DNA from: an uncultured Gammaproteobacteria bacterium
GTDB lineage: Bacteria > Pseudomonadota > Gammaproteobacteria > CAVZZX01
Length of the DNA: 64,000 nucleotides
Direction of reading: 5' to 3'
Assembly (NCBI GenBank): GCA_963779865.1
Contig: CAVZZX010000003.1
Location: forward strand, 816,957 to 880,956
Shown: positions 48,406-57,542 of the stretch, piece by piece
Layout of the letters: each line of letters starts with the position of its first letter
How positions within the stretch are numbered: the first letter of the stretch is position 1
The notes under the pieces: model-generated
Told to the model about the DNA's origin: nothing
The model's input: only the letters and a program-made list of their open reading frames with translations
Database searches by the model: none
Made by a program: the position numbers and the translations under genes

Positions 48406-49703
48406 GGCAGGCCTCCCGAATCGGCCACGGCCGACGCGGGCGCCGCGGCCTCCGCGCCGCCGAGCGCGCCATCGAGAATCCGGTCCGCGAACGCGAACGA
48501 ACTCGTGAAGGCCGGTGAGATCGCATTGAGCACGTGCAGCGCAGGGCCCGAGCCGAGCGTGAGGTAATCCATGACCAACGTCTGCCGCTGCAGGTCCACC
48601 AACTGCGGTCGGATGCCGACCTTGGGGGCACGCTCGAGCATGCCCGAGCGGATCGCGGGCACCATGCGTGCCGCGGCGCGCCCGGCAAATCGGCGCATGC
48701 GGTTTCGCACCTCGGCATGCACCAGGCGGCGGAAACCCGCCCCGCCGACATACAGCCGCGTCAGCACCCGTGCGATGAGCGCCGCATCGCGCCCGCTGAC
48801 ACCGTGCAGGCCGCTGTAGTGTTCGCGCCCCAGAGCCGGCCATGCGGTCGGGCCGATATTCACGTCCCCGCCCAGTCCGCGCGAGACATGGATGCCCAGG
48901 AACGGCAGCTTGGGATCGGGCACCGGATAGACGTGGCTGCGCACGGACGGACCCGCGCCGGGGCGAAGACGGAAGTAGCCGCCGCGAAACGGCACCAGCG
49001 CGTACTCGCGAGCGCAGCCGCAGGCGTGCGCCAGCCGGTCGGCGTAGGCCCCTGCACAGTTGAACAGGAAGCCGAAGGAGAGCGGGCCCTCATCGGTGAG
49101 GGCGCGCCGGCGCTCGAGGTCGACATCGTGCACGCGCACCCCCCAGCGAAAGCGTACGCCCCGCGACTCGAGCACCTTCACCAGGCGCTCCACGATGGCG
49201 CGGGGATCGACACTGGCGGTCTCCGGGCAGTGAATGGCATAGCCCACCGTCTGCGCATCCGGCTCGATCTCGGCCACCTGCTGTGCATCCACCCGCTGCG
49301 CCTGCACGCCATTGGCCGCGGCGTTGGCCAGCAGGCGCTCCAGGCCGGAGACCTCCGCTTCGTCGGTGGCAACCACCAGCTTTCCGCTGTCGCGCAGCGG
49401 CAAATCGTGTTCGCGCACGAAGGCCTTCATGCGCCGCGCACCGGCTACGCACACCTCGGCCTTCACACTGCCCGGCGCATAATAGATGCCCGAGTGCAGC
49501 ACGCCGCTGTTGCGCCCGCTGGCGTGCATGCCGGCGCAGGCTTCCTTGTCGATCACCGTGACCCGCGCACCGGGCGCGCGCACGGTCAGCTGGTGTGCAA
49601 GCGTCAGACCGACAATGCCCGCGCCGACGACGAGAAAGTCGTCCTCGCACGCTGCGGCGCCCCCGGTGTGCCCCGTGGCCACGCTGTCCCCGCTCTTCAG
49701 CAT
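48402..49703 (-). CDS. lhgO: L-2-hydroxyglutarate oxidase-like FAD enzyme
   Basis: GAGIVG, HASGRNSGVLHSGIYY, PFRG.Y, YPVPDP.LPFLG+H, LNAISPAFTSS. Confidence 0.85.
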   Translation of the reverse strand: MLKSGDSVATGHTGGAAACEDDFLVVGAGIVGLTLAHQLTVRAPGARVTVIDKEACAGMHASGRNSGVLHSGIYYAPGSVKAEVCVAGARRMKAFVREHDLPLRDSGKLVVATDEAEVSGLERLLANAAANGVQAQRVDAQQVAEIEPDAQTVGYAIHCPETASVDPRAIVERLVKVLESRGVRFRWGVRVHDVDLERRRALTDEGPLSFGFLFNCAGAYADRLAHACGCAREYALVPFRGGYFRLRPGAGPSVRSHVYPVPDPKLPFLGIHVSRGLGGDVNIGPTAWPALGREHYSGLHGVSGRDAALIARVLTRLYVGGAGFRRLVHAEVRNRMRRFAGRAAARMVPAIRSGMLERAPKVGIRPQLVDLQRQTLVMDYLTLGSGPALHVLNAISPAFTSSFAFADRILDGALGGAEAAAPASAVADSGGLP

Positions 49704-49742
49704 AGGCTTGTATTGCTCCGCTTCGCACCGCCCGCCGCGCGG

Positions 49743-51398
49743 CTACATCTCGTCCCAGTATTCGCGCGGGTCGATCTGGGCGTCGATCAGCGTGAACTTG
49801 CGCGACGCCACCGCCTCGCGCAAGGCCGCCTCGAAGGCCTCGATGGAATCCACGCGCACGCCGCGCCCGCCGAAGCCTTCGGCGATGCGGTCAAAGCGCG
49901 GCGAGACGAAGTCCACCGCGCGCGGGTCCATCTTCATCTTGCTCTGCTTGAGCTTGATCAGACTCAGCGCGGAGTCGTTGAGCACCACGACGACGAGCGG
50001 CAGGTCGAGCTCGGCGGCCACCGCCAGCTCGCCCTGGGTCATGAGCATGCAGCCATCGCCCAGGGTGGCGACTACGGTCTTCTCCGGATGCACGAGCTGC
50101 GCGGCAATCGCCGCGGGCACGCTGTAGCCCATGCAGCCGAGCCCGTTGGACTGCAGGAGCTGGCCGGGCTCGGTGCATTGAATCACGTGATTGGCCAGGA
50201 TCCGGTGCGCGCCCACGTCCACGCTCATGATCCAGTCGGCCGTCGCCTGGTCGCTGATGCTGCGAAACAGCGCCGCGGGGCTGATGGCCGCGGCGTCCTC
50301 GCGCGGCCGGGTGATCTCCGCGAGCTCCTGCTTCAGGCGCGCGGGCTCGCCCTCCGTCCACAGGCGCCGCTCCCGCGCAGCCGCGGGCCGGAGCTGATCC
50401 AGGATCGCGGGGACGTCGCCGACCACCTGCTGCCCCACCGGGAAGATGCGATGGTTGTGGCGCGCCCAGTCGATGGAAATGCAGCTGCGCGATTCGGGCC
50501 ATGCGTTCAGCCAGGCGTCGCGCAGCTCGATGGGATCGAAGCCGACCTGAACCACGCAGTCCGCCCGATCGAGCAACCTCTGCACGCGGGCGTCGACCAC
50601 CGGGCTGAGCCCCACTGCGCCCAGGCTGTGTTCGCTTGCCTTCTCGTCGATGACGCCCTTGGCCTTGTAGGTCGCGAGCACCGGGATCTGCCAGCGCTCG
50701 ACGAAGGCGCGCAACGCCGGCGTCACCCCCTCCTGCAAGGCGCCCCGCCCCATCAGCAGCACCGGCCGCTTCGCCTTCTCGAGCGTGGCGACCAGGGCGG
50801 CCACCTGCTGCTCGGCGAGCACGCTGGGGAACACCGTCGGCGGCACGAGCGCCTCCTCCTCCGGCGCCTCCTGGCGGTTGAAATCCGCAGGCACGTTCAG
50901 CAGCACGGGGCCGCGTGGGTGCTCCATCGCGATATCGAGCGCCTTGGCGACGTGTTGCGCCGGGCGCTCCGGATTGAGCGTCGCCGCATACTTGGTGACC
51001 GGCGCCGCGAGGGCAACGTGGTCGCAGACCTGGTGGTTGTAGATGCCCATCCGATTGGACGCCATCTCGCCGGAGAGCACAATCACGGCTGAGCGCTCCA
51101 TCCAGGCGCCGGCGATGCCGGACACGGCGTTGGTCAGGCCCGGACCGAGGGCGGGGATCAAGGCGCTGGGCGCCCCCGTGAGCTGGTAGACCGCATCGGC
51201 CATGAAGGCGGCCGACGGCTCCGCCTTGGCGAGCACGAAGCGGATGCCGTTCTCCTCGCAGGCGCGGATCGTCTCCAGCACATCGTTGCCCGGAATGCCG
51301 AAGGCGAACCGAACGCCGTAGGCACTCAGCGTGCGGGCGATGCTATCGGCCACCCGGGATGAGGAGGCGGCGGATGTCGGGGACGGCTCGGCGGCCAT
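49743..51398 (-). CDS. Thiamine-diphosphate-dependent enzyme (ALS/decarboxylase family)
   Basis: FGIPG, E..AAFMAD, GPGLTN, P.GPV, MGY..P, GDG...N ThDP motif. Confidence 0.9.
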   Translation of the reverse strand: MAAEPSPTSAASSSRVADSIARTLSAYGVRFAFGIPGNDVLETIRACEENGIRFVLAKAEPSAAFMADAVYQLTGAPSALIPALGPGLTNAVSGIAGAWMERSAVIVLSGEMASNRMGIYNHQVCDHVALAAPVTKYAATLNPERPAQHVAKALDIAMEHPRGPVLLNVPADFNRQEAPEEEALVPPTVFPSVLAEQQVAALVATLEKAKRPVLLMGRGALQEGVTPALRAFVERWQIPVLATYKAKGVIDEKASEHSLGAVGLSPVVDARVQRLLDRADCVVQVGFDPIELRDAWLNAWPESRSCISIDWARHNHRIFPVGQQVVGDVPAILDQLRPAAARERRLWTEGEPARLKQELAEITRPREDAAAISPAALFRSISDQATADWIMSVDVGAHRILANHVIQCTEPGQLLQSNGLGCMGYSVPAAIAAQLVHPEKTVVATLGDGCMLMTQGELAVAAELDLPLVVVVLNDSALSLIKLKQSKMKMDPRAVDFVSPRFDRIAEGFGGRGVRVDSIEAFEAALREAVASRKFTLIDAQIDPREYWDEM

Positions 51399-51535
51399 GA
51401 TGCGTTCTCCTTCGAGTCGATAGACGTGCAAAGGATGCCCCCCGCAGGGAACACCGGAAGCCGGTCCGCCCCATGTGCGTGTGCCATGGCGCGGGACCAC
51501 GATCCGGATACTAGAGGGCCGCGCGGTCACGGTCA

Positions 51536-51560
51536 ATTATATCAGTTAACTCTTATACAT
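51536..51560 (-). promoter_or_regulatory. Extended -10 promoter in an AT-rich patch upstream of the ThDP-enzyme operon
   Basis: Minus strand ATGTATAAGAGTTAACTGATATAAT contains TGn-TATAAT. Confidence 0.55.
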
Positions 51561-51617
51561 CACCGCTCCAAGCCGCGCCCCGCCCCAGTCGCTGACGCCG
51601 GCGCGTCGAGGGGCCGT

Positions 51618-52808
51618 CTACGCGGAGCTGCCGGCGACATCACGCACCGTGTGCAGGACGCGCCAGGCCGCACCGGCGGCCGCATCGGGCTCCACACCCA
51701 GGCCGGCCGCGTCGCCCAACACGAAGCACCCCCCCTCCAGGCGCGCCGCGGACTGCACGAGTGCGCTGCGCAAGGGATTGGGATTGACGTCGACCTCGAG
51801 CAGCCCTTCCCCGCCCACCGCGGCCAGCAAGTGTGCCGACGCCGCGAGGCCGACCCCGGCACCGAGAAAATGCGGGCAATAGCGGTGCCCGGCATCGATG
51901 ACCGTGCGCGCGACCGGATAACAGCCGCTGAACCCGCCCCATTTGCACATGTCCGGCTGCAGCACGGCCAAGGCGCCGCTGTCGATGGCCGCGTGAAATG
52001 CTTCGGCACCGCGCAGGTTCTCGCCACCGGCCAGCGCAATGGAGGTGCGCGTGGCCAGACTGCGCCATTCCGACCAGGGCCGATCCACCGGCATGGGCTC
52101 CTCGAGCCAGCCGATCCCGTAGGCCTCCAGCCGCTGCGCCATGCGGGTGGCAGTCGGCAGGTCCCAGGCCTGGTTGGCGTCCAGCATCATCGTTTCGCCC
52201 GGCCGGCGGGACGCCGCCAGCCGCGCAACGGCATCCACGTCCTGCTCCGCATCGAATCCCACCTTCATCTTGAAGGCTTCGAAGCCGTCCGCGCGCGCGG
52301 ACGTCACGCGCTCCGCGAACTCGCGCGGGTGAATGCCGCTGGCATAGGCGGGCACGGCCGCGGCGGCATCGGGGCGCAGCAGGCTCCGCAGCGGCCGGCC
52401 CAGGCGGCGTGCAACGAGGTCCCACACCGCGATATCCAGCCCCGCGGCCACCTGTGCAAGCGGCCCCGGTTCGCCCGCCTGCAAGGCCAACAGGCGGAGC
52501 TGCGCGGTCAGCCCGGCGAACAATTCAGCGGGATGCCGAAACGGCCGGTCCAGGGCCAGCGGGGCCAGCACGGTATCGATCAACCGCGCCCGGTGCTCGG
52601 CGCCGCAGCCGGGGAAATTCACCCACACCTCGCCCCACCCGTGGGCACCCTCGGCATCCTCCACGCGCAGCAGCAGCGCGGGCCGATCGTGCATCGTCCC
52701 GAACGAGGTGATGACGGGGCGCTCAATGGGCGCTCGAAAGACGCTGGCCTCGATGCGGGCCAACCGCAGCACGGGCCAATGCTCGGCCGACGAGGAAAAA
52801 CTCACCAT
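51618..52808 (-). CDS. Mandelate racemase / enolase-superfamily enzyme
   Basis: GWGE, DIAVWDL, YASG, KMKVG, DANQ, WLEEP, GEN, QPD.CKWGG, PH. Confidence 0.9.
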   Translation of the reverse strand: MVSFSSSAEHWPVLRLARIEASVFRAPIERPVITSFGTMHDRPALLLRVEDAEGAHGWGEVWVNFPGCGAEHRARLIDTVLAPLALDRPFRHPAELFAGLTAQLRLLALQAGEPGPLAQVAAGLDIAVWDLVARRLGRPLRSLLRPDAAAAVPAYASGIHPREFAERVTSARADGFEAFKMKVGFDAEQDVDAVARLAASRRPGETMMLDANQAWDLPTATRMAQRLEAYGIGWLEEPMPVDRPWSEWRSLATRTSIALAGGENLRGAEAFHAAIDSGALAVLQPDMCKWGGFSGCYPVARTVIDAGHRYCPHFLGAGVGLAASAHLLAAVGGEGLLEVDVNPNPLRSALVQSAARLEGGCFVLGDAAGLGVEPDAAAGAAWRVLHTVRDVAGSSA

Positions 52809-53010
52809 CTCTGACGCAATCCTCCTGGGGTGAAACCGGAAAAGCGCGCGGGCGCACCCAGCGCGTGGCCATGCAATTCATCCTTGCATGTCCGAGGCGC
52901 GCGGCGCCACCTTCGGGATCTGCACCCGAGGAGGTGCCGGTGCATGACCACGACGGGCGCGGCTTGGCACGCAAGGGCACAAACGGGAAGGCGACGAACG
53001 GAAACGGCCC

Positions 53011-53113
53011 CAATGGAAGCGGCGAATGGAAAGGGGCAAATGGAAAGGGGCGAATGGAAAGGGGCGAATGGAACGGGACGGAAGGGAACGGGACGGAAGG
53101 GAAGGGAAAGGGA
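53011..53113. repeat. Purine-rich short tandem repeats (14-mer x4, 15-mer x2)
   Basis: GGCGAATGGAAAGG units from 53021, then GACGGAAGGGAACGG. Confidence 0.8.
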
Positions 53114-53201
53114 CGGCCCGCGGACCGGCGCGCCGAACTCCCGGGGGGCATACCGCCTCACCGCCCGGACAGGCGGCATGCCCCGTGAGGACCGGGCCCG
53201 G

Positions 53202-54566
53202 CTACTTGATCCAGACAGTCTTGGCGTTCACGAACTCGTGGATGCCGTGGTGGGACAACTCCCGGCCATAACCGGAGGCCTTCACCCCGCCAAAGGGCAG
53301 ACGCGGGTCGCTCTTGACGATGCCGTTGGCAAAGGCGCAGCCGCATTCGAGCTGGCGGGCAACACGTTCGCCGCGTGCATCGTCACCGGTCCACACACTC
53401 CCGCCGAGCCCGAAGCGGCTCGAGTTGGCGATGCGCACGGCATCGGCCTCGTCCCGCGCGCGGATGACAATGGCCACCGGCCCGAACAATTCCTCTGCGT
53501 AGGCCACCATGCCCGGCTTGACGTGATCCAGGATCGAGGGCTGGTAATAGGCGCCCGGTCCGGGCACCGGCTCACAGCCGATCACGGCCACGGCCCCGGC
53601 CGCAAGCGAGTCGCGAACCTGCCGATGCAACTCGTCGCGAAGGTCCTGGCGGGACATCGGCGGCAGCGTGGTGGCGCCGTCCATCGGGTCGCCGGGCTGC
53701 AGCTTCTCCACTTCGGCCTTGAAGGCCGCGACGAAGCGATCGGCGATCGCCTCCACCGCGATGAAGCGCTTGGCGGCGATGCAGCTCTGCCCGCCGTTGA
53801 GGTAGCGCGACACGGCTGCCATGCGCGCGGTGTACTCCAGGTCCGCGTCCTCGAGCACGATGAAGGCGTCCGAGCCGCCGAGCTCGAGCACGCATTTCTT
53901 GAGATTGGCCCCGGCGGTGGCGGCCACCTGACGGCCCGCCGCCTCGCTGCCGGTGAGCGTCACGGCATGCACATTGGGGTCCTCGATGACCCGCGCCACC
54001 TTCGAAGCCGGGATCATGAGGGCACGGAACACGCCCTCGGGAAAGCCTGCCTCGGTGAACACCGACTCGATGGCCAGGGCGCACTGCGGCACGTTCGAGG
54101 CGTGTTTCAGCAGCGCCGTGTTGCCGGCGGCCAGTCCCGGCGCCGCAAAGCGGAAGGCCTGCCAGAAGGGGAAGTTCCAGGGCATCACGGCCAGCACGGT
54201 GCCCAGCGGCTGATAGGCCACCAGGCTCTTGCCCGCATCGCTCTCCACCGGCTCGTCGGCCAGAAAGGCCGCAGCGTGCTCGGCGTAGTACTCGCACCCG
54301 ACCGCGCACTTCTCGATCTCCGCCCGCGCTTCCCCGATGAGTTTCCCCATCTCGGCCGTAATGATCGCGGCGAACTCCTCGCTGCGTCGGCGCAGCACTG
54401 CCGCCGCCTTGCGGAGCAGCTCGCAGCGCTCCTCCAGCGGCGTGGCGCACCAGAGCTCCCGCGCCCGGGCGGTGTCCGCGATGGCCCGGTCGAGCTCGGC
54501 ATCGGTGAAGGCGTCGACGCTCTTCAGCGTGGAGCCGTCAACGGGATTGATGGACTGAAATGCCAT
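53202..54566 (-). CDS. NAD(P)-dependent succinate-semialdehyde dehydrogenase-like ALDH
   Basis: MPWNFP, LKHASNVP, TGSE.AG, LELGGSD, GQSCIAAKR, EELFGP, PFGG.K.SGYGRE. Confidence 0.9.
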   Translation of the reverse strand: MAFQSINPVDGSTLKSVDAFTDAELDRAIADTARARELWCATPLEERCELLRKAAAVLRRRSEEFAAIITAEMGKLIGEARAEIEKCAVGCEYYAEHAAAFLADEPVESDAGKSLVAYQPLGTVLAVMPWNFPFWQAFRFAAPGLAAGNTALLKHASNVPQCALAIESVFTEAGFPEGVFRALMIPASKVARVIEDPNVHAVTLTGSEAAGRQVAATAGANLKKCVLELGGSDAFIVLEDADLEYTARMAAVSRYLNGGQSCIAAKRFIAVEAIADRFVAAFKAEVEKLQPGDPMDGATTLPPMSRQDLRDELHRQVRDSLAAGAVAVIGCEPVPGPGAYYQPSILDHVKPGMVAYAEELFGPVAIVIRARDEADAVRIANSSRFGLGGSVWTGDDARGERVARQLECGCAFANGIVKSDPRLPFGGVKASGYGRELSHHGIHEFVNAKTVWIK

Positions 54567-54921
54567 GGAGCAACTCCTGTCGTCGTGCACAGATGAGGCA
54601 GGGTGGGGTTCGATTATACACAACGGGCCGCCGCGCCCCGTCGAGGCGGCGGGCGGACCTCGGCCGGGGGGCCGCGCGCCCAGGTCGGCGCCCAGTTCGG
54701 CGCCCAGTTCGGCGCTAGGGACGTCGCGCTACGGGGGACGTCGCGCTGCGGGGGATTTCCGGCTGCGGAACGAGCAAGGGATGAGGCGTAGAAAATAACC
54801 GCTTGCGCGGCCGGGAAAACAGGCGGATGGTCACGCCACGGCAGCGGGCCACACGCCCGTGGGCGCGCGTCCGGATCTTGCGCTCGGAAATCGTGCTCCC
54901 GGCAGAGAGCCGCTCAAAAGT

Positions 54922-54998
54922 TGGTAGGCGCGATTGGACTCGAACCAACGACCCCCACCATGTCAAGGTGGTGCTCTAACCAACTGAGCTACGCGCCT
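54922..54998 (-). tRNA. tRNA-Val(GAC)
   Basis: AGGCGCGTAGCTCAGTTGGTTAGAGCACCACCTTGACATGGTGGGGGTCGTTGGTTCGAGTCCAATCGCGCCTACCA. Confidence 0.97.
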
Positions 54999-55155
54999 TT
55001 TGAGGACGCGCAAGATAGCACAAAGGTTTTCCGGGAGACAAGCGACCATGCGCAAACGGGCACCCGCCGGTTGTTCAGTTTCGATTCAGCCTCCCCGCCC
55101 ACAATACGCGCCATCGACGTCGACGCGACGAACGCCACCCGGAACGAGACCTGCG

Positions 55156-56448
55156 ATGCTTCGCCCCGCCCTCACCGCACTGAGCGCCGCCCTGCTCGCC
55201 ATGGCCGCGACCCACGCCGCCGTCGCGGCACCGCCCTCCGACGCCGCCGCGGCGGCATCGGCCGCCCTGGCCGAGGAGGCCGCGGAGAAGAGCATCTTCG
55301 CCGAATCGCGCCAGCCGCTTGCGGAGGTGGTCAGCCGCGCCTTCGAGCGCAGCGCCCAGCAGGGCACGCTCTCGGCCCGGCGCGAGGACGCCGCGGCCCG
55401 GCAACAGCACGCCAAAAGCCTGATCTCCGGCAATCCCTCCCTGTTCGGGGACTACTACAGTGACCGCTTCGACCGGGATATCGGCCGTCGCGAATGGGAG
55501 ATCGGCGTGTCGGTGCCCGTGTGGCGCCCCGGCGAGCGCAGTGCGGCGCGCGCCTGGGCGGATGCCAACTCCGAGGCGGTGCAGGCCGGCACCGGGGCGC
55601 TGCACCTGCTGGTGGCCGGCGACGTGCGCGAGGTGCTCTGGGAGGCCGCCCTGCTACGCAACGCCGCCCTGCTCGCCAAGAACGAATGGGATACCGCCCA
55701 GGCCCTGCAGGCGGACGTGGCCAAGCGGGTGCGCTACGGCGAGGCCGCCAACACCGACCTGCTGCTCGCCAGGGAAGAGACGCTGCGTCGGCAGGGCGTC
55801 TACGTGCAGGCGGAGACCGATTACGTGCACGCGCTCAAGCGCTACCAGATCCTCACCGGGCTGCTGAACCTGCCCAAGCGCCGCCGCGAACCGATGAGCA
55901 CCCAGACCACCGTGCCCGAGGACCATCCGCTGCTGGTGCAGCTGCGACGCGAGCTGGCCAGGGCCCGTCAGGGGCTCACCCTGGCCCGGGAGAGCAAGGC
56001 CGAATCCCCGACCCTGGGCCTGAGCACGCGCAGCGAGCGCGACAGCTCGGGCCTGGAGTCGGTCGGCAGCGTGGGTCTCTCCTTCACCCTGCCTCTCGGG
56101 ACCGCGGCGCACAGCCGGCCGAAGGTCACCGCCGCCGGAGTGGGCCTCGCCGAGGTGGAGTCGCGCCTGATCGCGCTCCGCCGCGAGCTGGAGGTGGCCC
56201 TGCACGACGCCGAGCAGCAGGTGGAGGCCACCACGGCCCAGCTCGCCCTGGCCGAGGAGCAGAACCGGCTCGCGACCGAGAACCTGCGCCTGGCCAAGGT
56301 CGCCTTCTCCGCCGGGGAGACGGACCTCGTGCACCTGTTGCGCGTGCAGAATATCGCCTTCGCGGCAGAGAGAAATGTCCAGCAGCTGCGCATCACCCAC
56401 CAGCGCGCGGTTGCCCGTTACAACCAGGCCGTCGGAGTCATTCCATGA
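55156..56448 (+). CDS. TolC-family outer membrane factor (CzcC-like)
   Basis: Signal peptide, helical repeats, A..AFSAGE.DL..LL; first gene of the RND operon. Confidence 0.85.
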   Translation: MLRPALTALSAALLAMAATHAAVAAPPSDAAAAASAALAEEAAEKSIFAESRQPLAEVVSRAFERSAQQGTLSARREDAAARQQHAKSLISGNPSLFGDYYSDRFDRDIGRREWEIGVSVPVWRPGERSAARAWADANSEAVQAGTGALHLLVAGDVREVLWEAALLRNAALLAKNEWDTAQALQADVAKRVRYGEAANTDLLLAREETLRRQGVYVQAETDYVHALKRYQILTGLLNLPKRRREPMSTQTTVPEDHPLLVQLRRELARARQGLTLARESKAESPTLGLSTRSERDSSGLESVGSVGLSFTLPLGTAAHSRPKVTAAGVGLAEVESRLIALRRELEVALHDAEQQVEATTAQLALAEEQNRLATENLRLAKVAFSAGETDLVHLLRVQNIAFAAERNVQQLRITHQRAVARYNQAVGVIP

Positions 56449-57542
56449 TGCGTTCGCAGTCCTTCCTCCTCCTGCTCGCCGCCATCGTTGCGCCGCTGCA
56501 CGCGGCGCAGGTGGTGCCGTTCAGCGCCGAGCAGATGCAGCGCGTGGGCGTGCGCACCGAGGCGGTGAGCGAAACCACGGCCCTGTTCACCAACCGTGTG
56601 CCGGCCCAGGTCGTCATCCCGCCGGAGCAGGAGCGCGTCGTCACCGCGCCCCAAACCGGGCTGGTCACGGCCATCCGCGCCGCGGTAGGCGACACGGTCA
56701 AGCGCGGCCAGATGCTCGCCGAGCTGGAGAGCCCCGAACTCATCCGCCTGCAGCGCGCCTTCCTGCACGCCGCGACGGCGATGCAGCTGGCACGTGCCGA
56801 CCTGAACCGCGACCGGAAGCTCTACAAGGAAGGGATCATCGCCGAACGCCGCTTCCTGGAGACGCGCAGCCACTTCGAGCAGGCCAGCGCCACGCTGGAG
56901 GAGAACCGCCAGGGGCTGGCCCTCGCCGGCATGTCAGCCGACGCAATCCAGGAGCTGGAAAAGAAGCGCCGCCTCTCCAGCGGCCTGTCGGTGGCCTCGC
57001 CCATCGACGGCGTGGTCCTCGCGCAGATGGCCGTCACCGGCCAGCGTGTCGACATCGCCGACGCGCTGTACCGGGTCGGACGGCTCGGTTCCCTGTGGCT
57101 CTCGGTCCGGGTGCCCCTGGACATGCTCGGTGCCCTGCAGCCGGACCTGCCCGCCGAGGTGCACGGCTGCCCGGACGCACGGGCCCGCATCACCCTGGTC
57201 GGCGCCGAGGTCGACCCGACCAACCAGACCGCCCTGGTGCGCGTCGAAGTGACAAAGAACCCCGGCTGCCTGCGGCCCGGCCAGTTCGTCGAGGTCCGGC
57301 TCGCCCTGGAGTCGGACACCCACCTATACAGCGTGCCGCGTGCCGCGGTCGTGCGCAGCGGCGACAAGGCCATGGTCTTCGTGCAGCAGGCCGACGGCTT
57401 CGCCGCGCGACCGGTCACGGTGCTCGGCCAGCGCGGTGAGCAGAGCGTGGTGAAAGCAATGCTCAAGCCCGGCGAGCGCGTCGCCGTCGCCGGCCTCGCG
57501 GCCATCAAGGGCGCCTGGCTGGGCGTCGGAGGGAGCGAGTGA
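56445..57542 (+). CDS. RND periplasmic adaptor (CzcB/CusB-like)
   Basis: GDTVKRGQ.LA.LESPE, EGII, SPIDGVV, VDP, LRPGQFV; ATGA overlap with the upstream gene. Confidence 0.9.
   Translation: MMRSQSFLLLLAAIVAPLHAAQVVPFSAEQMQRVGVRTEAVSETTALFTNRVPAQVVIPPEQERVVTAPQTGLVTAIRAAVGDTVKRGQMLAELESPELIRLQRAFLHAATAMQLARADLNRDRKLYKEGIIAERRFLETRSHFEQASATLEENRQGLALAGMSADAIQELEKKRRLSSGLSVASPIDGVVLAQMAVTGQRVDIADALYRVGRLGSLWLSVRVPLDMLGALQPDLPAEVHGCPDARARITLVGAEVDPTNQTALVRVEVTKNPGCLRPGQFVEVRLALESDTHLYSVPRAAVVRSGDKAMVFVQQADGFAARPVTVLGQRGEQSVVKAMLKPGERVAVAGLAAIKGAWLGVGGSE

Noticed and set aside
52723..53271. Repetitive PF-rich or GK-rich small ORFs
   Set aside because: They are translations of the purine-rich tandem repeat; the 14-nt period is not codon-compatible.
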